Shown: positions 1-10,876 of the stretch, piece after piece | Layout of the letters: every line of letters starts with the position of its first letter | Numbering within the stretch: the first letter of the stretch is position 1 | Origin: Clostridia bacterium | Lineage (GTDB): Bacteria > Bacillota > Clostridia > TANB77 > CAG-465 | Assembly (NCBI GenBank): GCA_045536565.1 | Contig: JAZSNU010000003.1 | Coordinates: 1-64,000, forward strand | DNA: 64,000 nt | Direction of reading: 5' to 3' | Position numbers and translations under genes: made by a program | Notes under the pieces: generated by a model | Told to the model about the DNA's origin: nothing | Seen by the model: the letters and a program-made list of their open reading frames with translations, nothing else | The model's database searches: none

Positions 1-2
1 TA

Positions 3-1178
3 GTAAGTAAAGCTGCTAAAAAAGAGAAAAAAAGAGAACTCAAACAAAAAAAACTACAAGAAAAAGAGCAAGGCAAAGAAAATAACGGGTTGTGGCAAAA
101 GATAAAATATGTTTTGATCTTACTTCTAATAGTAGTTATAATATTGTTATTTAAATATAGACATATAATTGGCATAACTTTTTCTAAGGAGATTACCGAA
201 CAAGATGCTATCGTAATAGAAATGACTATGTCTGATAATAAAATATATGAATATCAAAATGAGATATTAGTATATTCAAAAGGAAAGCTTATGACATATA
301 GTAAATATGGTAAAAAGACATGGGAATACACATTTGATGAAACATTTATACCAGAGATAGTTACTAGTGGGAAATATATTCAAGTAGTAAACAAAGATAG
401 TGGATATATATATACTTTTGATAACAAATATGAAAGCAGTAGAAAAAAAATAGATGGAACTATAAAAAGAACAAACATCAATGAAAAAGGACAAAGTGTA
501 GTACACTATTCCAAAGAAGGAATAAAATCAAATATAATGATTTTTGATAAAAAAGGAAGAGAACAATACAAAATCACATTAAAAGAAGAAAACATTGCCA
601 AAATAGAATTATCGAATAATGGCAAATATTTATTGTTATATGAAATTGAAACGCAAGGTATTAGTGCAAACTCAATTGTAAAGGTTGTAGAACTAAAAAC
701 CTCTGAAAAGGTAAAGACAGCGTTAGAAATAAATAACGATATTATATATGATTTAATTTTAAACAATTCGAAAGTATATATACTTACATCAAACAATGTA
801 TATAGTTATAATATACAGGCTGGTAGTTTAAGAGAATATAATATTAGCGATAAAAACATATTAAATATAGCACTTGATGATACAGGAATTGCATATATAC
901 ACAAAGAGTTATCGGATGATAATAATAAAGTTACAATATTAAATAACATGTATGATAATGTTGGGGAATATAAATTTAGTGGAACGGTAAAAGCATTTGA
1001 ATATTGTAACTGTCTTGCATATGTGATAAGTAATAAAGAAATGAATATATATAATAGATGGGGTATGCATGTAAAGAGATTTACTTCTGATAGTATAATA
1101 ACCAATATTGTTATATTTAATAATGGTAAAAACATTGCAATAAACTATTCTAACAGAATAGTAATAGTGGGAATATAA
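3..1178 (+). CDS. Membrane-anchored beta-rich protein (DUF5711-like); 5' end lies outside the window
   Basis: Frame is open from position 3 (VSKAAKKEKKRE...) through the track ORF 90..1178. N-terminal TM segment (YVLILLLIVVIILLF) is followed by beta-propeller-like repeats. Lies directly upstream of cvpA. Confidence 0.6.
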   Translation, partial: VSKAAKKEKKRELKQKKLQEKEQGKENNGLWQKIKYVLILLLIVVIILLFKYRHIIGITFSKEITEQDAIVIEMTMSDNKIYEYQNEILVYSKGKLMTYSKYGKKTWEYTFDETFIPEIVTSGKYIQVVNKDSGYIYTFDNKYESSRKKIDGTIKRTNINEKGQSVVHYSKEGIKSNIMIFDKKGREQYKITLKEENIAKIELSNNGKYLLLYEIETQGISANSIVKVVELKTSEKVKTALEINNDIIYDLILNNSKVYILTSNNVYSYNIQAGSLREYNISDKNILNIALDDTGIAYIHKELSDDNNKVTILNNMYDNVGEYKFSGTVKAFEYCNCLAYVISNKEMNIYNRWGMHVKRFTSDSIITNIVIFNNGKNIAINYSNRIVIVGI

Positions 1179-1192
1179 TAGGGGGAATTTAT

Positions 1193-1852
1193 ATGATTAT
1201 TGATATTACTTTAATATTGATAATTGCTATTGCAACTTTTATAGGATATAAAAAAGGATTTGTAAAAGTAATAATAAAACTAACAACATTAGTTTTAGCG
1301 ATTGTATTGGCATTTATTCTTCAAGGAAGCGTATCTAAGTTTATAGGGGAAAATTTAGGTTTTAAAAACACTATATCAACAGCAATAGAAAGTAAATTAG
1401 TTGGTTTTACAAAATCAGATGAAGAAGGAACTAAAAAAGAAAATCAAATACCTATTTTGGATAAGACAATAAACAATATAAATAAAGCAGCAGATGAAGA
1501 AAAACAATCTATTATAAAAAGTAGTTCTTCTAAAATAGCAGATTTTGTTGTAAAAGGCATGAGCTTTATAGTTATATTTTTAGTTGTAGCAATTACAATG
1601 GGAATAATAGGATTAATTCTTAATACAGTAGTTGAACTACCGGTTTTAAAAACATTAAACGGATTGTTTGGTGGTATTACGGAATTTGTACTAATGTTAT
1701 TTAGAATATTCATAGTTTTAGCTATAATTTCTTTCCTATCACCACTAGAATTGCTATCAAATGTGGTAGATTATATAAACGCTTCATGTATAACAAGATG
1801 GTTATTTGAAAATAATATAATTGTTAGTATAATTGGTAGAAAATTACTATAA
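1193..1852 (+). CDS. cvpA: CvpA (colicin V production) family membrane protein
   Basis: N-terminal IIDI..I...GYKKGFV signature, four TM segments, C-terminal LPVLKTLNGLFGG motif. Confidence 0.8.
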   Translation: MIIDITLILIIAIATFIGYKKGFVKVIIKLTTLVLAIVLAFILQGSVSKFIGENLGFKNTISTAIESKLVGFTKSDEEGTKKENQIPILDKTINNINKAADEEKQSIIKSSSSKIADFVVKGMSFIVIFLVVAITMGIIGLILNTVVELPVLKTLNGLFGGITEFVLMLFRIFIVLAIISFLSPLELLSNVVDYINASCITRWLFENNIIVSIIGRKLL

Positions 1853-1858
1853 TCGGGT

Positions 1859-2785
1859 ATGGTGAATAATTTGAGAAAAGCAAGAAATAAAAATGTGTAT
1901 AAAAAACTATCATCAATATTTATATCATTAAGCATTTTTGGTATTGGGTTATGGATACTATTGTTTGGTGCTAATAATGTAATTAGTAAAGACACATTAG
2001 CCGCTATAAGTGATAGTCTGGTTAGTGAAAATGAAGCAAAAAAAGAATCTGTTACATTTTTGTTAGCTGGAACAAATGATAATTTAACAGATACTATAAT
2101 ATTTGCAAAATATGATACAGTAAATAATAAATTGTATATGATGTCAATTCCAAGAGATACGTATACAACAAATGAGATGTGTAATGGTCATAAAATAAAT
2201 GCTATATATAGAGGTAAAAATTTAGATGCGTTTTTAGGTGAGATAGAAACACTTTTAGATGTAAAAGTTGATTATTATGCAATATTTGATAGTACTTTTG
2301 TAAAAGAGGTAGTAGATGCAATAGGAGGAGTGGAAATATATGTTCCTCAAAAAATGTACTATGTGGGCGGAGATCCTCAAATAGTAATAGATTTAGAAAA
2401 GGGTTTGCAGGTTCTAGATGGAAAAAAAGCAGAACAGTTTTTAAGATTTAGATCTGGATATGCAAATGCTGATTTAGGAAGAGTAGAAGCACAAAGGTCG
2501 TTTATAGAAGCATTTATACAAACAGTATTAGAAAAAGAAAATATAACCAAGATACCTAAGTTGGTAAAAACTGCAATTAACAATACTAAGACTAATGCAA
2601 CAACCAGAGAAATAATGCAATATATAGATGAAGTAAAACAAATTGATATGGACAATATAGAATCTTTAACAATGCCAAATTCACCAGAATATATAAATGG
2701 TTTATCATATGTAATGGCTGATAAGGAAGAGGCTAGAAGAATTATTAAAGAAGATTGGAATATGAACAATAATATAAAAGAATAA
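1859..2785 (+). CDS. LytR-CpsA-Psr (LCP) family cell-wall glycopolymer transferase
   Basis: N-terminal TM; motifs TDTII, SIPRDT, KINA, VDAIGGV, FLRFR and DLGRVEAQ. Confidence 0.9.
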   Translation: MVNNLRKARNKNVYKKLSSIFISLSIFGIGLWILLFGANNVISKDTLAAISDSLVSENEAKKESVTFLLAGTNDNLTDTIIFAKYDTVNNKLYMMSIPRDTYTTNEMCNGHKINAIYRGKNLDAFLGEIETLLDVKVDYYAIFDSTFVKEVVDAIGGVEIYVPQKMYYVGGDPQIVIDLEKGLQVLDGKKAEQFLRFRSGYANADLGRVEAQRSFIEAFIQTVLEKENITKIPKLVKTAINNTKTNATTREIMQYIDEVKQIDMDNIESLTMPNSPEYINGLSYVMADKEEARRIIKEDWNMNNNIKE

Positions 2786-2792
2786 TAAATAG

Positions 2793-2820
2793 AGACCTCA
2801 GCTTTTTTAAGCTGAGGTCT
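2793..2820. terminator. Bidirectional intrinsic terminator between LCP and the carboxypeptidase gene
   Basis: Perfect 12-bp stem agacctcagctt/aagctgaggtct between convergent genes. Confidence 0.75.
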
Positions 2821-2840
2821 TAATATTACAAATTAATTTG

Positions 2841-4229
2841 TTATTTAAGAGTTCTTCGTGGTCTATACGCCGGATGTCTCCTTTTTGACAAATCGTCTGC
2901 ATTATACTGAACATTATTTTTCATCTTTCTTTTCTTTTTTCTAGAAGACTTAGCAAATATTTTAAATAGTATAACAAAAAATACAATTATTAATATACTG
3001 ATGAATATGTATATCAATATGTTTGATACTATTTCAGTCATTGTAAGTGGCATTTCTGAAATGTTTGTAAGAATCAGGTCAAAATCTTTATCATATAAAG
3101 AAGAGTTTTGTATAAAAGTGATAGAAATTGTACCTACTACTTGATTTATATAATCTTGTGAAGTAATATTATATTGTTTTAATTTATCATAATTTAAATT
3201 AACCTCATAAGATATATTTGGAGGCTCAGCAGTTTCGTCGCTGTTAGATAATACAAATACATTTTCTGGTATAGTATAGGTATATATTAATTTACTATCG
3301 TTATCAGAATATGAAAAACAATAATCTTGTTTTTCAAGAAGCTGAGTCTTTTCAAAATTATTAAATCCATATTCAAACAAATTAATTGCATCTGTGTATC
3401 TTAAATCTTCACTTCCAGAAGGGTTTGAATTAAATACACCTAAAATTAAGTTTTTATTATCCTTTTTTCCATATGCAAGTAAAGTTCTTCCTGCCTCTTC
3501 TGTATAGCCGGTTTTTCCACCAATACAATACTCATAATATCTTGACAAATAACTATCATCTTTTGTAAGTATTAATCTATTTGTGTTTTGATATTCTCTT
3601 TTAGTGTTTGTTTTGTTAGTTGCCTCTATCGTATATGATGATGTTGAAAAGATTTTCACAAATTCGTCATTTTTAATAGCATAAGACAATATTTTCATCA
3701 TGTCTGACGGAGTTGTATAGTGATTATCTTCATGATAACCATGAGCATTTGAAAAATGGGAATCTAAACAATTAAGTTCTTTTAATTTTTCGTTCATTAA
3801 AACAACAAAATTATCTATGTTTCCAGATACAGCTTCAGCCAGAACATTTGCAGCGTCATTACCAGATTTAAGCATTAAAGCATATAGCAAATCTTTTATA
3901 CTCATTATTTCCCCTTGCTTTAAAGCAGCATTTGAACTTCCGTAAGGTAGTTTTATAGCAGATTCTGTAACAACTGTTGAAGAGTTAATATCAAGATTTT
4001 CTAAAACCAATATTGCTGTTAAAACCTTTGTTGTACTAGCAGGATACACCCTATCATTTTCACCGTTTTCGTATAAAACTTTACCACTATCATTATCTAC
4101 TAAAATTGCATTTTTACAATTTAATTCTGGATAATTAGTTGCATGTACAAATGAAGAACTGAAAAACAAAATAGATAATGCTAAAATCAAAATTAAATTT
4201 ATTCTTTTAATAAATATATTTCTAGTCAT
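2841..4229 (-). CDS. D-alanyl-D-alanine carboxypeptidase (peptidase S11, DacA/DacB-like) with C-terminal TM anchor
   Basis: SxxK (ASTTK), SxN (SGND) and KTG (GKTGYT) motifs; signal peptide; C-terminal TM with basic tail. Confidence 0.92.
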   Translation of the reverse strand: MTRNIFIKRINLILILALSILFFSSSFVHATNYPELNCKNAILVDNDSGKVLYENGENDRVYPASTTKVLTAILVLENLDINSSTVVTESAIKLPYGSSNAALKQGEIMSIKDLLYALMLKSGNDAANVLAEAVSGNIDNFVVLMNEKLKELNCLDSHFSNAHGYHEDNHYTTPSDMMKILSYAIKNDEFVKIFSTSSYTIEATNKTNTKREYQNTNRLILTKDDSYLSRYYEYCIGGKTGYTEEAGRTLLAYGKKDNKNLILGVFNSNPSGSEDLRYTDAINLFEYGFNNFEKTQLLEKQDYCFSYSDNDSKLIYTYTIPENVFVLSNSDETAEPPNISYEVNLNYDKLKQYNITSQDYINQVVGTISITFIQNSSLYDKDFDLILTNISEMPLTMTEIVSNILIYIFISILIIVFFVILFKIFAKSSRKKKRKMKNNVQYNADDLSKRRHPAYRPRRTLK

Positions 4230-4344
4230 TAATTAATCACCCCTGTAAATAAAAATAATTATACTACATAACACTCAAAAAATAAAGGAGAGGATTAAAA
4301 TAAGTTATATAAAAAAGACCAAAATAGCAAATATAATAAAAGGT

Positions 4345-4914
4345 ATGTTAAGAAATAATGTAAAAAGTAAATATATAATTATGCTATTTCTTGTTATATT
4401 ATCCACTTTCGGAGTAATAATTTTTTGTCCTTCAAAAAACGGAGATGGAAAACTAATTATAAATGGGATAAATATACAGAATATATGCGATAAAAATAAT
4501 ATAGGGGTATATATAGATGGTGAAATAAAAAATCCTGGTTTTATACAAATACCAACAGGTGAAAATTTAGAATATGCGTTAAATAAAATAGGTGGAATAA
4601 CAGATAATGCTGATATACAAAATATAGATTTGAATAAAGTATTAAAAGATGGTGAAAAAATAATTATACCAAGTAAAATCAAAGATTATAAAGAGGATAA
4701 TACGTATAGTGATACTTTAAGTAATAGTATTGTAAATATTAATAGTGCTAGCAAGAATAAATTAAAAACATTGGAGGGAATAGGAGATAAGACAGCAGAA
4801 AATATAATAGAATATAGAAAGAAAAACAAGTTTTATAATATAGAAGAAATAATGAAAGTCAAGGGAATAGGGGAAGGTAAGTACGAAAAAATAAAAAATA
4901 ACATATGCGTATAA
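4345..4914 (+). CDS. comEA: ComEA-family DNA-binding/uptake protein
   Basis: N-terminal TM, SLBB domain (VYIDGEIKNPG), C-terminal helix-hairpin-helix pair (NINSAS...LEGIG...IIEYR...VKGIG). Confidence 0.88.
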   Translation: MLRNNVKSKYIIMLFLVILSTFGVIIFCPSKNGDGKLIINGINIQNICDKNNIGVYIDGEIKNPGFIQIPTGENLEYALNKIGGITDNADIQNIDLNKVLKDGEKIIIPSKIKDYKEDNTYSDTLSNSIVNINSASKNKLKTLEGIGDKTAENIIEYRKKNKFYNIEEIMKVKGIGEGKYEKIKNNICV

Positions 4915-4949
4915 TTTTTGTAAAAAAAATATAACATATGTAAAAAAAG

Positions 4950-4978
4950 TTGAAAAATTTATTTGAATATAGTATAAT
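4950..4978 (+). promoter_or_regulatory. Sigma-A-type promoter of the hypothetical-hypothetical-virD4 operon
   Basis: TTGAAA-17 nt-TATAAT. Confidence 0.65.
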
Positions 4979-5021
4979 ACTTGCGAATAGATTTATGTAA
5001 TCTAAATGGGAGATTGATGAT

Positions 5022-5540
5022 ATGGAATTACAAATGAATAAATTTGAAATTATTGATATGCCAGGAATGGAAACAATAGCTTTTTTAGTAGAAAGAAATG
5101 ATACTGAATACATGAAAGGTAATGCATTATTTACACTACAAAAAATAGAAGCAAGTCAAAGAGAAGAAGATGGGAAAATAAAAAAGACATTTGCTACTCT
5201 ACCAACAGGTGGAGAGAAACAAATGGTAGTACTGCTTACTCTTACTAAATCAAAGGCTATTTTAAGTACTGGTGAAATTACAGAAGAGGGGTTTGTATCA
5301 AGAGATAATGCGGTTCCTTTATCATATGGAACAGTTTTTAATCAAGATGGTGTTGAATATAAAGAATTTGCATATACACCTAATATGAAAAGGCAGTTCG
5401 CTATAATTGATACAAGTACAGGCGAAGAAGTAAAACCAACTTTATATGTTGATAATGTTACAAATGAAGTAAAAGGAAAGTGCAAATTACTTCCTTTAAG
5501 ACCATATATAGTATTAGAGTTAAGATTAGATAGAAAATAG
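5022..5540 (+). CDS. Hypothetical cytoplasmic beta-rich protein
   Basis: 172-aa ORF with GGGAG RBS and host-like codon usage; no motif recognised. Confidence 0.75.
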   Translation: MELQMNKFEIIDMPGMETIAFLVERNDTEYMKGNALFTLQKIEASQREEDGKIKKTFATLPTGGEKQMVVLLTLTKSKAILSTGEITEEGFVSRDNAVPLSYGTVFNQDGVEYKEFAYTPNMKRQFAIIDTSTGEEVKPTLYVDNVTNEVKGKCKLLPLRPYIVLELRLDRK

Positions 5541-5555
5541 TTTGGAGGATTTTTA

Positions 5556-5738
5556 ATGGAAGAAAAGAAACTTACAATAACAGCGGGGGTTGAACAGTTA
5601 ACAATAGATGGGAAAAATATTAATGATATTGACCATAAAGAAACAACAATATCTGATAGAGTTCAAGTACCAGAACGCGATAAAGAAACGAAAAAAGAGG
5701 AAAAAATAGCAAATGACGGAGATGAAAAAATAGTCTAG
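5556..5738 (+). CDS. Small charged hypothetical protein
   Basis: 60-aa ORF with GGAGG RBS, tightly packed in the operon. Confidence 0.6.
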   Translation: MEEKKLTITAGVEQLTIDGKNINDIDHKETTISDRVQVPERDKETKKEEKIANDGDEKIV

Positions 5739-5756
5739 TTGTTTTGAGGAGGATAT

Positions 5757-7781
5757 ATGGAAACAATAAGAAAATTTAAAGGACAACTTATAGCAATAGG
5801 AGTCTTCTACTTAATTCTATGTATAGAAATAGTAGGAGCCTTTTGTGTCGCTAAATCAGTTGTTTTAGAAGAAGGACAAGGTATATTTAGTGATTTTAAT
5901 GGACTTGCAACAACAATGGGAGAGTACATGAAAAATCCATTTAAGATAATTGGTGGGTTATTTAAAGAAGGAGTGCTTGAACAATTTTTTACTGGATGTT
6001 TTTGGCTTTTAATAGCATTTATAGTTATGACAATTTGGTTCCTTATTAAAAACAAGAGTAAACACGAATATGATGGTATAGAAAGCGGTTCAAGTGATTG
6101 GAGTAAAGGTGGAGAAGAATATAGAAAATTAGCAGACGGAAGTGAAGTATTAAATAAAAAAGATGGCTTTATACTTAGTAAAACACACTATTTAGGAACT
6201 GATCTTAAAAAAGTTAGAATTAATAAAAACGTGCTAGTAGTCGGAGGATCAGGTGCAGGTAAATCTGCTTGTTATATTAAACCTAATATATTACAAAGAT
6301 TAGGGTCATATGTAATAACAGATCCAAAAGGCGAGCTATACAGAGAAACTTCCGGGTTTTTAAAAAAAAATGGATATGAAGTAAGAGCATTTAACCTTGT
6401 AAATCCAGAATATAGTGATAGATACAATCCGTTATCACATATAGTTGACCATACAAGTGTGGATATAATAGCACATACAATTGTTCAAGGCGCAACAAAA
6501 GGTGCAGGAAGCAACGACCCTTTCTGGGATGAAACTGCAAAAATGCTATTAAAGGCTTGTATATACTATGTTATATCAGTTCTTCCAAAAGAAGAACAAA
6601 ATATATCAAGTTGTCTTAATATAATAAGGCAAGGGGGAGCAGATCCAGATATATTTAAAAAGTTATTTATAAATGAACTAAAACCAGAACATCCTGGTAG
6701 AAAAGAATATGAAAATTTCAGCACAGCAGCAGACAAAACAATGCAAAGCATAGTTGTTTCTACAATATCAAAAATAACAGCATTTGATACACCAGCAATG
6801 CAAAGAATAACAACTAGTAACAATATAAACTTTGATGATTTAGGACAAAAGAAAGTTGCACTATTTGTTATAACATCTGCGTCTGATAGTACATATGATT
6901 TTATATCAACAATATTTTTCAGTCAAATGTTACAAAAACTATATGTACAAGCAGATAGAAACGGTGGAACACTAAATAATCAAGTATACTTCTTACTTGA
7001 TGAGTTTGCAAATATTGGCCAGATACCAGACTTTAACAAAAAGTTAAGTACAACAAGAAGTTTAGGTATTAGTATATCGATAGTTGTACAGAGTTTGGAT
7101 CAACTTGAAGCGTTATATAAAGAAAATTATGAAAATATACTAGGTAACTGTGATACTCACTTGTTCTTAGGAAGCCAATCAATTAAAACATGTGAATATT
7201 TCTCTAAGAGTTTAGGACAAAAGACTATTAAGTTTGAAAGTAAGACTAAAAACAGAGATAAAGACAACTTAACAACTCAGGGAATTTCGATAGGAGAACA
7301 AAGACAAGGTAGAGAACTTATGACTATTGATGAGTTAAAGAGAATGAATCCTGATGAAGAAATATTGTTAGTAAGAGGTTTAAAACCAATTAAGGCAAGA
7401 AAGGCTTGGTACTATAAGTATCATCCAATGAGAGATGAAGCAAGAAAATATGAAATACACAATATTTCGGAAATGCCGAAAACAGATGATGTTGAAGTAA
7501 GAGTAATGGATGTACAAAAACATATTAATGATAGAATACAAAAAGCAAAAGAAATATTAACATCTAAAAGAGAAGAAATTCCAGATATAGATTTAGGAGG
7601 AAACAACAATAATTCGTTTGATATAGATTTAGGAAGTGATAAACCACAAACATCACCAATAATGCAAGAATCAACACAAAATATAATACAAGAATCACAA
7701 GATGAGATGATGGATTTGCAAAAAGAACTAGAAAGAAAATTTGATGAAATATTTGGTAAATCAGATGATACAGTTGAATAA
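5757..7781 (+). CDS. virD4: VirD4/TraG-family type IV coupling protein (ATPase)
   Basis: Two N-terminal TM segments; Walker A GGSGAGKS; ITDPKGEL, YNPL and DPFW motifs; Walker B LLDEFANIG; QSLDQL; GRELMTIDE. Confidence 0.9.
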   Translation: METIRKFKGQLIAIGVFYLILCIEIVGAFCVAKSVVLEEGQGIFSDFNGLATTMGEYMKNPFKIIGGLFKEGVLEQFFTGCFWLLIAFIVMTIWFLIKNKSKHEYDGIESGSSDWSKGGEEYRKLADGSEVLNKKDGFILSKTHYLGTDLKKVRINKNVLVVGGSGAGKSACYIKPNILQRLGSYVITDPKGELYRETSGFLKKNGYEVRAFNLVNPEYSDRYNPLSHIVDHTSVDIIAHTIVQGATKGAGSNDPFWDETAKMLLKACIYYVISVLPKEEQNISSCLNIIRQGGADPDIFKKLFINELKPEHPGRKEYENFSTAADKTMQSIVVSTISKITAFDTPAMQRITTSNNINFDDLGQKKVALFVITSASDSTYDFISTIFFSQMLQKLYVQADRNGGTLNNQVYFLLDEFANIGQIPDFNKKLSTTRSLGISISIVVQSLDQLEALYKENYENILGNCDTHLFLGSQSIKTCEYFSKSLGQKTIKFESKTKNRDKDNLTTQGISIGEQRQGRELMTIDELKRMNPDEEILLVRGLKPIKARKAWYYKYHPMRDEARKYEIHNISEMPKTDDVEVRVMDVQKHINDRIQKAKEILTSKREEIPDIDLGGNNNNSFDIDLGSDKPQTSPIMQESTQNIIQESQDEMMDLQKELERKFDEIFGKSDDTVE

Positions 7782-7786
7782 AACAT

Positions 7787-7821
7787 ATATGGTATAGATA
7801 CAAATCTATGCCATATTTTTT
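7787..7821 (+). terminator. Intrinsic terminator after virD4
   Basis: Stem atatggtatagat/atctatgccatat followed by a T-tract. Confidence 0.7.
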
Positions 7822-7914
7822 CGCTATTATTAGCAAAATATGGGTCAGTTATTGAAAAAACAACATATAAATGTTAAAATATATTAAGCAAATAAATTTA
7901 AGGAGAAAGTATTT

Positions 7915-8976
7915 ATGTTTGATAAATTAGAAGAAGTAGAAAAAAGATATGAAGAGCTAAATAAATTAATATCTGATCCAACAGTTATATCAGATCAAAA
8001 TAGTTTTAAAAAATATATGAAAGAACAATCTATGCTTACAGATGTTGTAGAAAAGTTTAGAGAGTACAAAAAAGTTAAATCTGCTATGGAAGATGCAGAA
8101 GAATTAATGACTGATCCTGAAATGAAAGAAATGGCGGAAATGGAATACTACGAAAACAAAGAGAAGATACCGGCGCTAGAAGAAGAGTTGAAAATATTGT
8201 TACTTCCTAAGGATGTAAATGATGATAACAATGTAATTATAGAAATTCGTGGAGGTGCAGGTGGCGAAGAAGCTGCATTATTTGCGTATAATTTATATAG
8301 AATGTATTCAATGTATGCCGATAGTATGCATTGGCAAGTAGAAGTATTAGACATTAACGAAACTGGAATTGGTGGAGTAAAAGAAGTATCGTTTATGCTT
8401 AAAGGTAAAGGTGCATACAGCAAACTTAAATTTGAAAGTGGAGTTCATAGAGTGCAAAGAGTTCCTGAAACAGAAGCAAGTGGAAGAATACATACATCAA
8501 CTGTAACAGTAGCAGTTCTTCCTGAAATAGATGATGTAGAAGTAGAAATAAACACAAGTGATTTAAAAGTAGACACATATAGAGCAAGTGGAGCTGGTGG
8601 ACAACACATTAATAAAACAGAATCAGCAGTTAGAATAACACATATACCAACTGGGTTTGTAGTTGCTTGTCAAACTGAAAGATCTCAAATACAAAATAGA
8701 GAAACTGCCATGAAGATGTTAAGATCTAAACTTTATGAATATATGCAAGAAAAACAAATGGCTGAACAAGCAAATGAGAGAAAACTTCAAGTAGGCAGTG
8801 GTGCAAGAAGTGAAAAAATTAGAACATACAATTATCCTCAAAATAGGGTAACTGACCATAGAATTAATTATACAATGTATCAATTAGATTCATTTATGAA
8901 TGGAAATATAATTGATATGGTAGAAGCACTTCAAGCAGCAGATAAGGCTGAAAGATTAAAAATGGGAGAAGAATAA
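7915..8976 (+). CDS. prfA: Peptide chain release factor 1
   Basis: GGQ motif (GAGGQHIN), PxT anticodon mimic (RVPETE), IRTYNYPQ. Confidence 0.97.
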   Translation: MFDKLEEVEKRYEELNKLISDPTVISDQNSFKKYMKEQSMLTDVVEKFREYKKVKSAMEDAEELMTDPEMKEMAEMEYYENKEKIPALEEELKILLLPKDVNDDNNVIIEIRGGAGGEEAALFAYNLYRMYSMYADSMHWQVEVLDINETGIGGVKEVSFMLKGKGAYSKLKFESGVHRVQRVPETEASGRIHTSTVTVAVLPEIDDVEVEINTSDLKVDTYRASGAGGQHINKTESAVRITHIPTGFVVACQTERSQIQNRETAMKMLRSKLYEYMQEKQMAEQANERKLQVGSGARSEKIRTYNYPQNRVTDHRINYTMYQLDSFMNGNIIDMVEALQAADKAERLKMGEE

Positions 8977-8979
8977 AAA

Positions 8980-9016
8980 GACACCTTTCACTCAAAAAGA
9001 GTGAGAGGTGTTTTTT
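8980..9016. terminator. Bidirectional intrinsic terminator
   Basis: Stem acacctttcactc/gagtgagaggtgt with flanking A- and T-tracts, between convergent genes. Confidence 0.75.
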
Positions 9017-9019
9017 GTT

Positions 9020-10876
9020 TTATTTTTGATTCATTTTCTTTAATTCTTCATATCTTTTTATTTTCATTGTTGTAGTTTTAGCAAATTCATCTTCTTTTAT
9101 TTCTAATTTCTTTATAGCTTTGTATGTTGATAATGATTTATTAACTTCTTTTATTTTATTCCAAACTATATCATGTATTTGTTCTTTGCTCAAATCTTTA
9201 CCGTAATTTTCTTCTATATATGAATAGTTAGGGATAAGAAGCGCAGTAATAATTAGTTCTTTTTCTCCTTCTACTTCTTTACCATATACCATACATTCTG
9301 AAATTTCATCTATATCTTTAAGAAGGTTTTCGATTTCTTCGGGATAGATGTTTTTTCCGTTTTGAGTTACTATAACATTTTTTGAACGACCTGTTATATA
9401 TAGGAAACCATCTTTATCAATGTAACCTACATCGCCAGATTTAAAGTATTCACCGTCCATAACTTCTTTTGTTGCTTTTTCATCTTCATAATATCCAAGC
9501 ATAAGAGTAGAACTTTTTATTAATATTTCACCTTCACCATTTTCGTTTGGATTGTCAATCTTTATATCTGCACATATAACTGGTTTGCCGACAGAACCAA
9601 CCTTAGTATCATACTCTGGGGTAAGGGCCGCTATTGGTGCTGTTTCAGTAAGACCATATCCTTGCAAGAATATAATTCCGATGTTTTCTAACCATTTACC
9701 TATTTTAGGATCAATAGGTGCAGCAGCAGAAACTATGTATTTTAAATTCCCGCCAAGATTTTCGTAAATTTCACCAAATACTTTTCTCTTTATATCTATA
9801 TGAGTGGCTTTAAGAGCATTAGTGATTGTAATCATTGAGTTTACTAGTCCCTCTTTTTTACTTTTAACTATATTTCCATATATTTTTTTGTATAAACTTT
9901 CAACAAGAAGAGGTACGGCTAAGATTGCAGTTGGTTTAATCTCTTTTAAATTAGGTACAATATATTTTAAACCTTCGCATACACCAATAGATGCACCAAC
10001 AGAAATTGGTTCTAAGAAACCAACAGTTGATTCATATGTATGATGCAAAGGAAGTACAGAAAACAATCTGTCCTTTTCGGTTAGGTTTACATATGCAGAT
10101 ATTGCATTTACATTTTCGGCTAAGTTTCTATGACAAAGCATAACACCCTTTGCAGAAGATGTTGTTCCAGAAGTAAATAGTAATACCTTAAAAGCCTCTG
10201 GGTCAATTTTTGTTTCCATGAACGAATTGTCACCGGATAAACAGATATCTTTACCTTTATCTATAATATAGTCTATTCCAACAAATCTGCCTTGTATTTG
10301 AGAGTCAGAATCCATTTGTATAAAATATTCAACACCATCTAAACTTTCTTGCAGCTTCTCTATAATATCTTTTTTCCTTGATGAAAAAATAACTGCTTTT
10401 GCTTTCGATCTTTTAATAACATTTTCAACTTCATTTAATGGTAATTCTTTGTCCATTGGAACAGCAATATTTGTACCACATAGTAAAGACATATATGAAA
10501 TGTACCAGTTATAACTTGTTTCTCCATATATTACAACAGGCTTATTATCTAATTTTAGAATCTTTGAAAGCCCAGTACCAAGGCCAATTACATCAGCTCT
10601 AAAATCTGAATATGTATATTCGGTATATGGTTCTTTGTGATCATTTTTATATAATATACATACATTATCTTTATAAACGGTTGTAGATCTTTCAAATATC
10701 TCTTTTATATCTTTATACTCGGCAGGAGTGTATCCCTTAGAGTCTCTTTTCATCGTTTCCTTTGTAGATATGTTTTTTAAATCTAATTCTTCTATATTTC
10801 CTATATCGTTCATTTTGAATTTTGGAAATTTTAAGTTTGGTATTTTAAAATCTTTTAATATTCTCATAGATATCAC
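9020..10876 (-). CDS. Long-chain fatty acid--CoA ligase (AMP-binding family)
   Basis: Motifs FTSGTTSSAKG, LPLHH, QGYGLTET, SGDVG, GKNIYPEEIE and a C-terminal KIKR. Confidence 0.9.
   Translation of the reverse strand: MISMRILKDFKIPNLKFPKFKMNDIGNIEELDLKNISTKETMKRDSKGYTPAEYKDIKEIFERSTTVYKDNVCILYKNDHKEPYTEYTYSDFRADVIGLGTGLSKILKLDNKPVVIYGETSYNWYISYMSLLCGTNIAVPMDKELPLNEVENVIKRSKAKAVIFSSRKKDIIEKLQESLDGVEYFIQMDSDSQIQGRFVGIDYIIDKGKDICLSGDNSFMETKIDPEAFKVLLFTSGTTSSAKGVMLCHRNLAENVNAISAYVNLTEKDRLFSVLPLHHTYESTVGFLEPISVGASIGVCEGLKYIVPNLKEIKPTAILAVPLLVESLYKKIYGNIVKSKKEGLVNSMITITNALKATHIDIKRKVFGEIYENLGGNLKYIVSAAAPIDPKIGKWLENIGIIFLQGYGLTETAPIAALTPEYDTKVGSVGKPVICADIKIDNPNENGEGEILIKSSTLMLGYYEDEKATKEVMDGEYFKSGDVGYIDKDGFLYITGRSKNVIVTQNGKNIYPEEIENLLKDIDEISECMVYGKEVEGEKELIITALLIPNYSYIEENYGKDLSKEQIHDIVWNKIKEVNKSLSTYKAIKKLEIKEDEFAKTTTMKIKRYEELKKMNQK

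Noticed and set aside
5022-7781. Integrative conjugative element around virD4
   Set aside because: No relaxase, VirB4, integrase or terminal repeats; the flanks are housekeeping genes.
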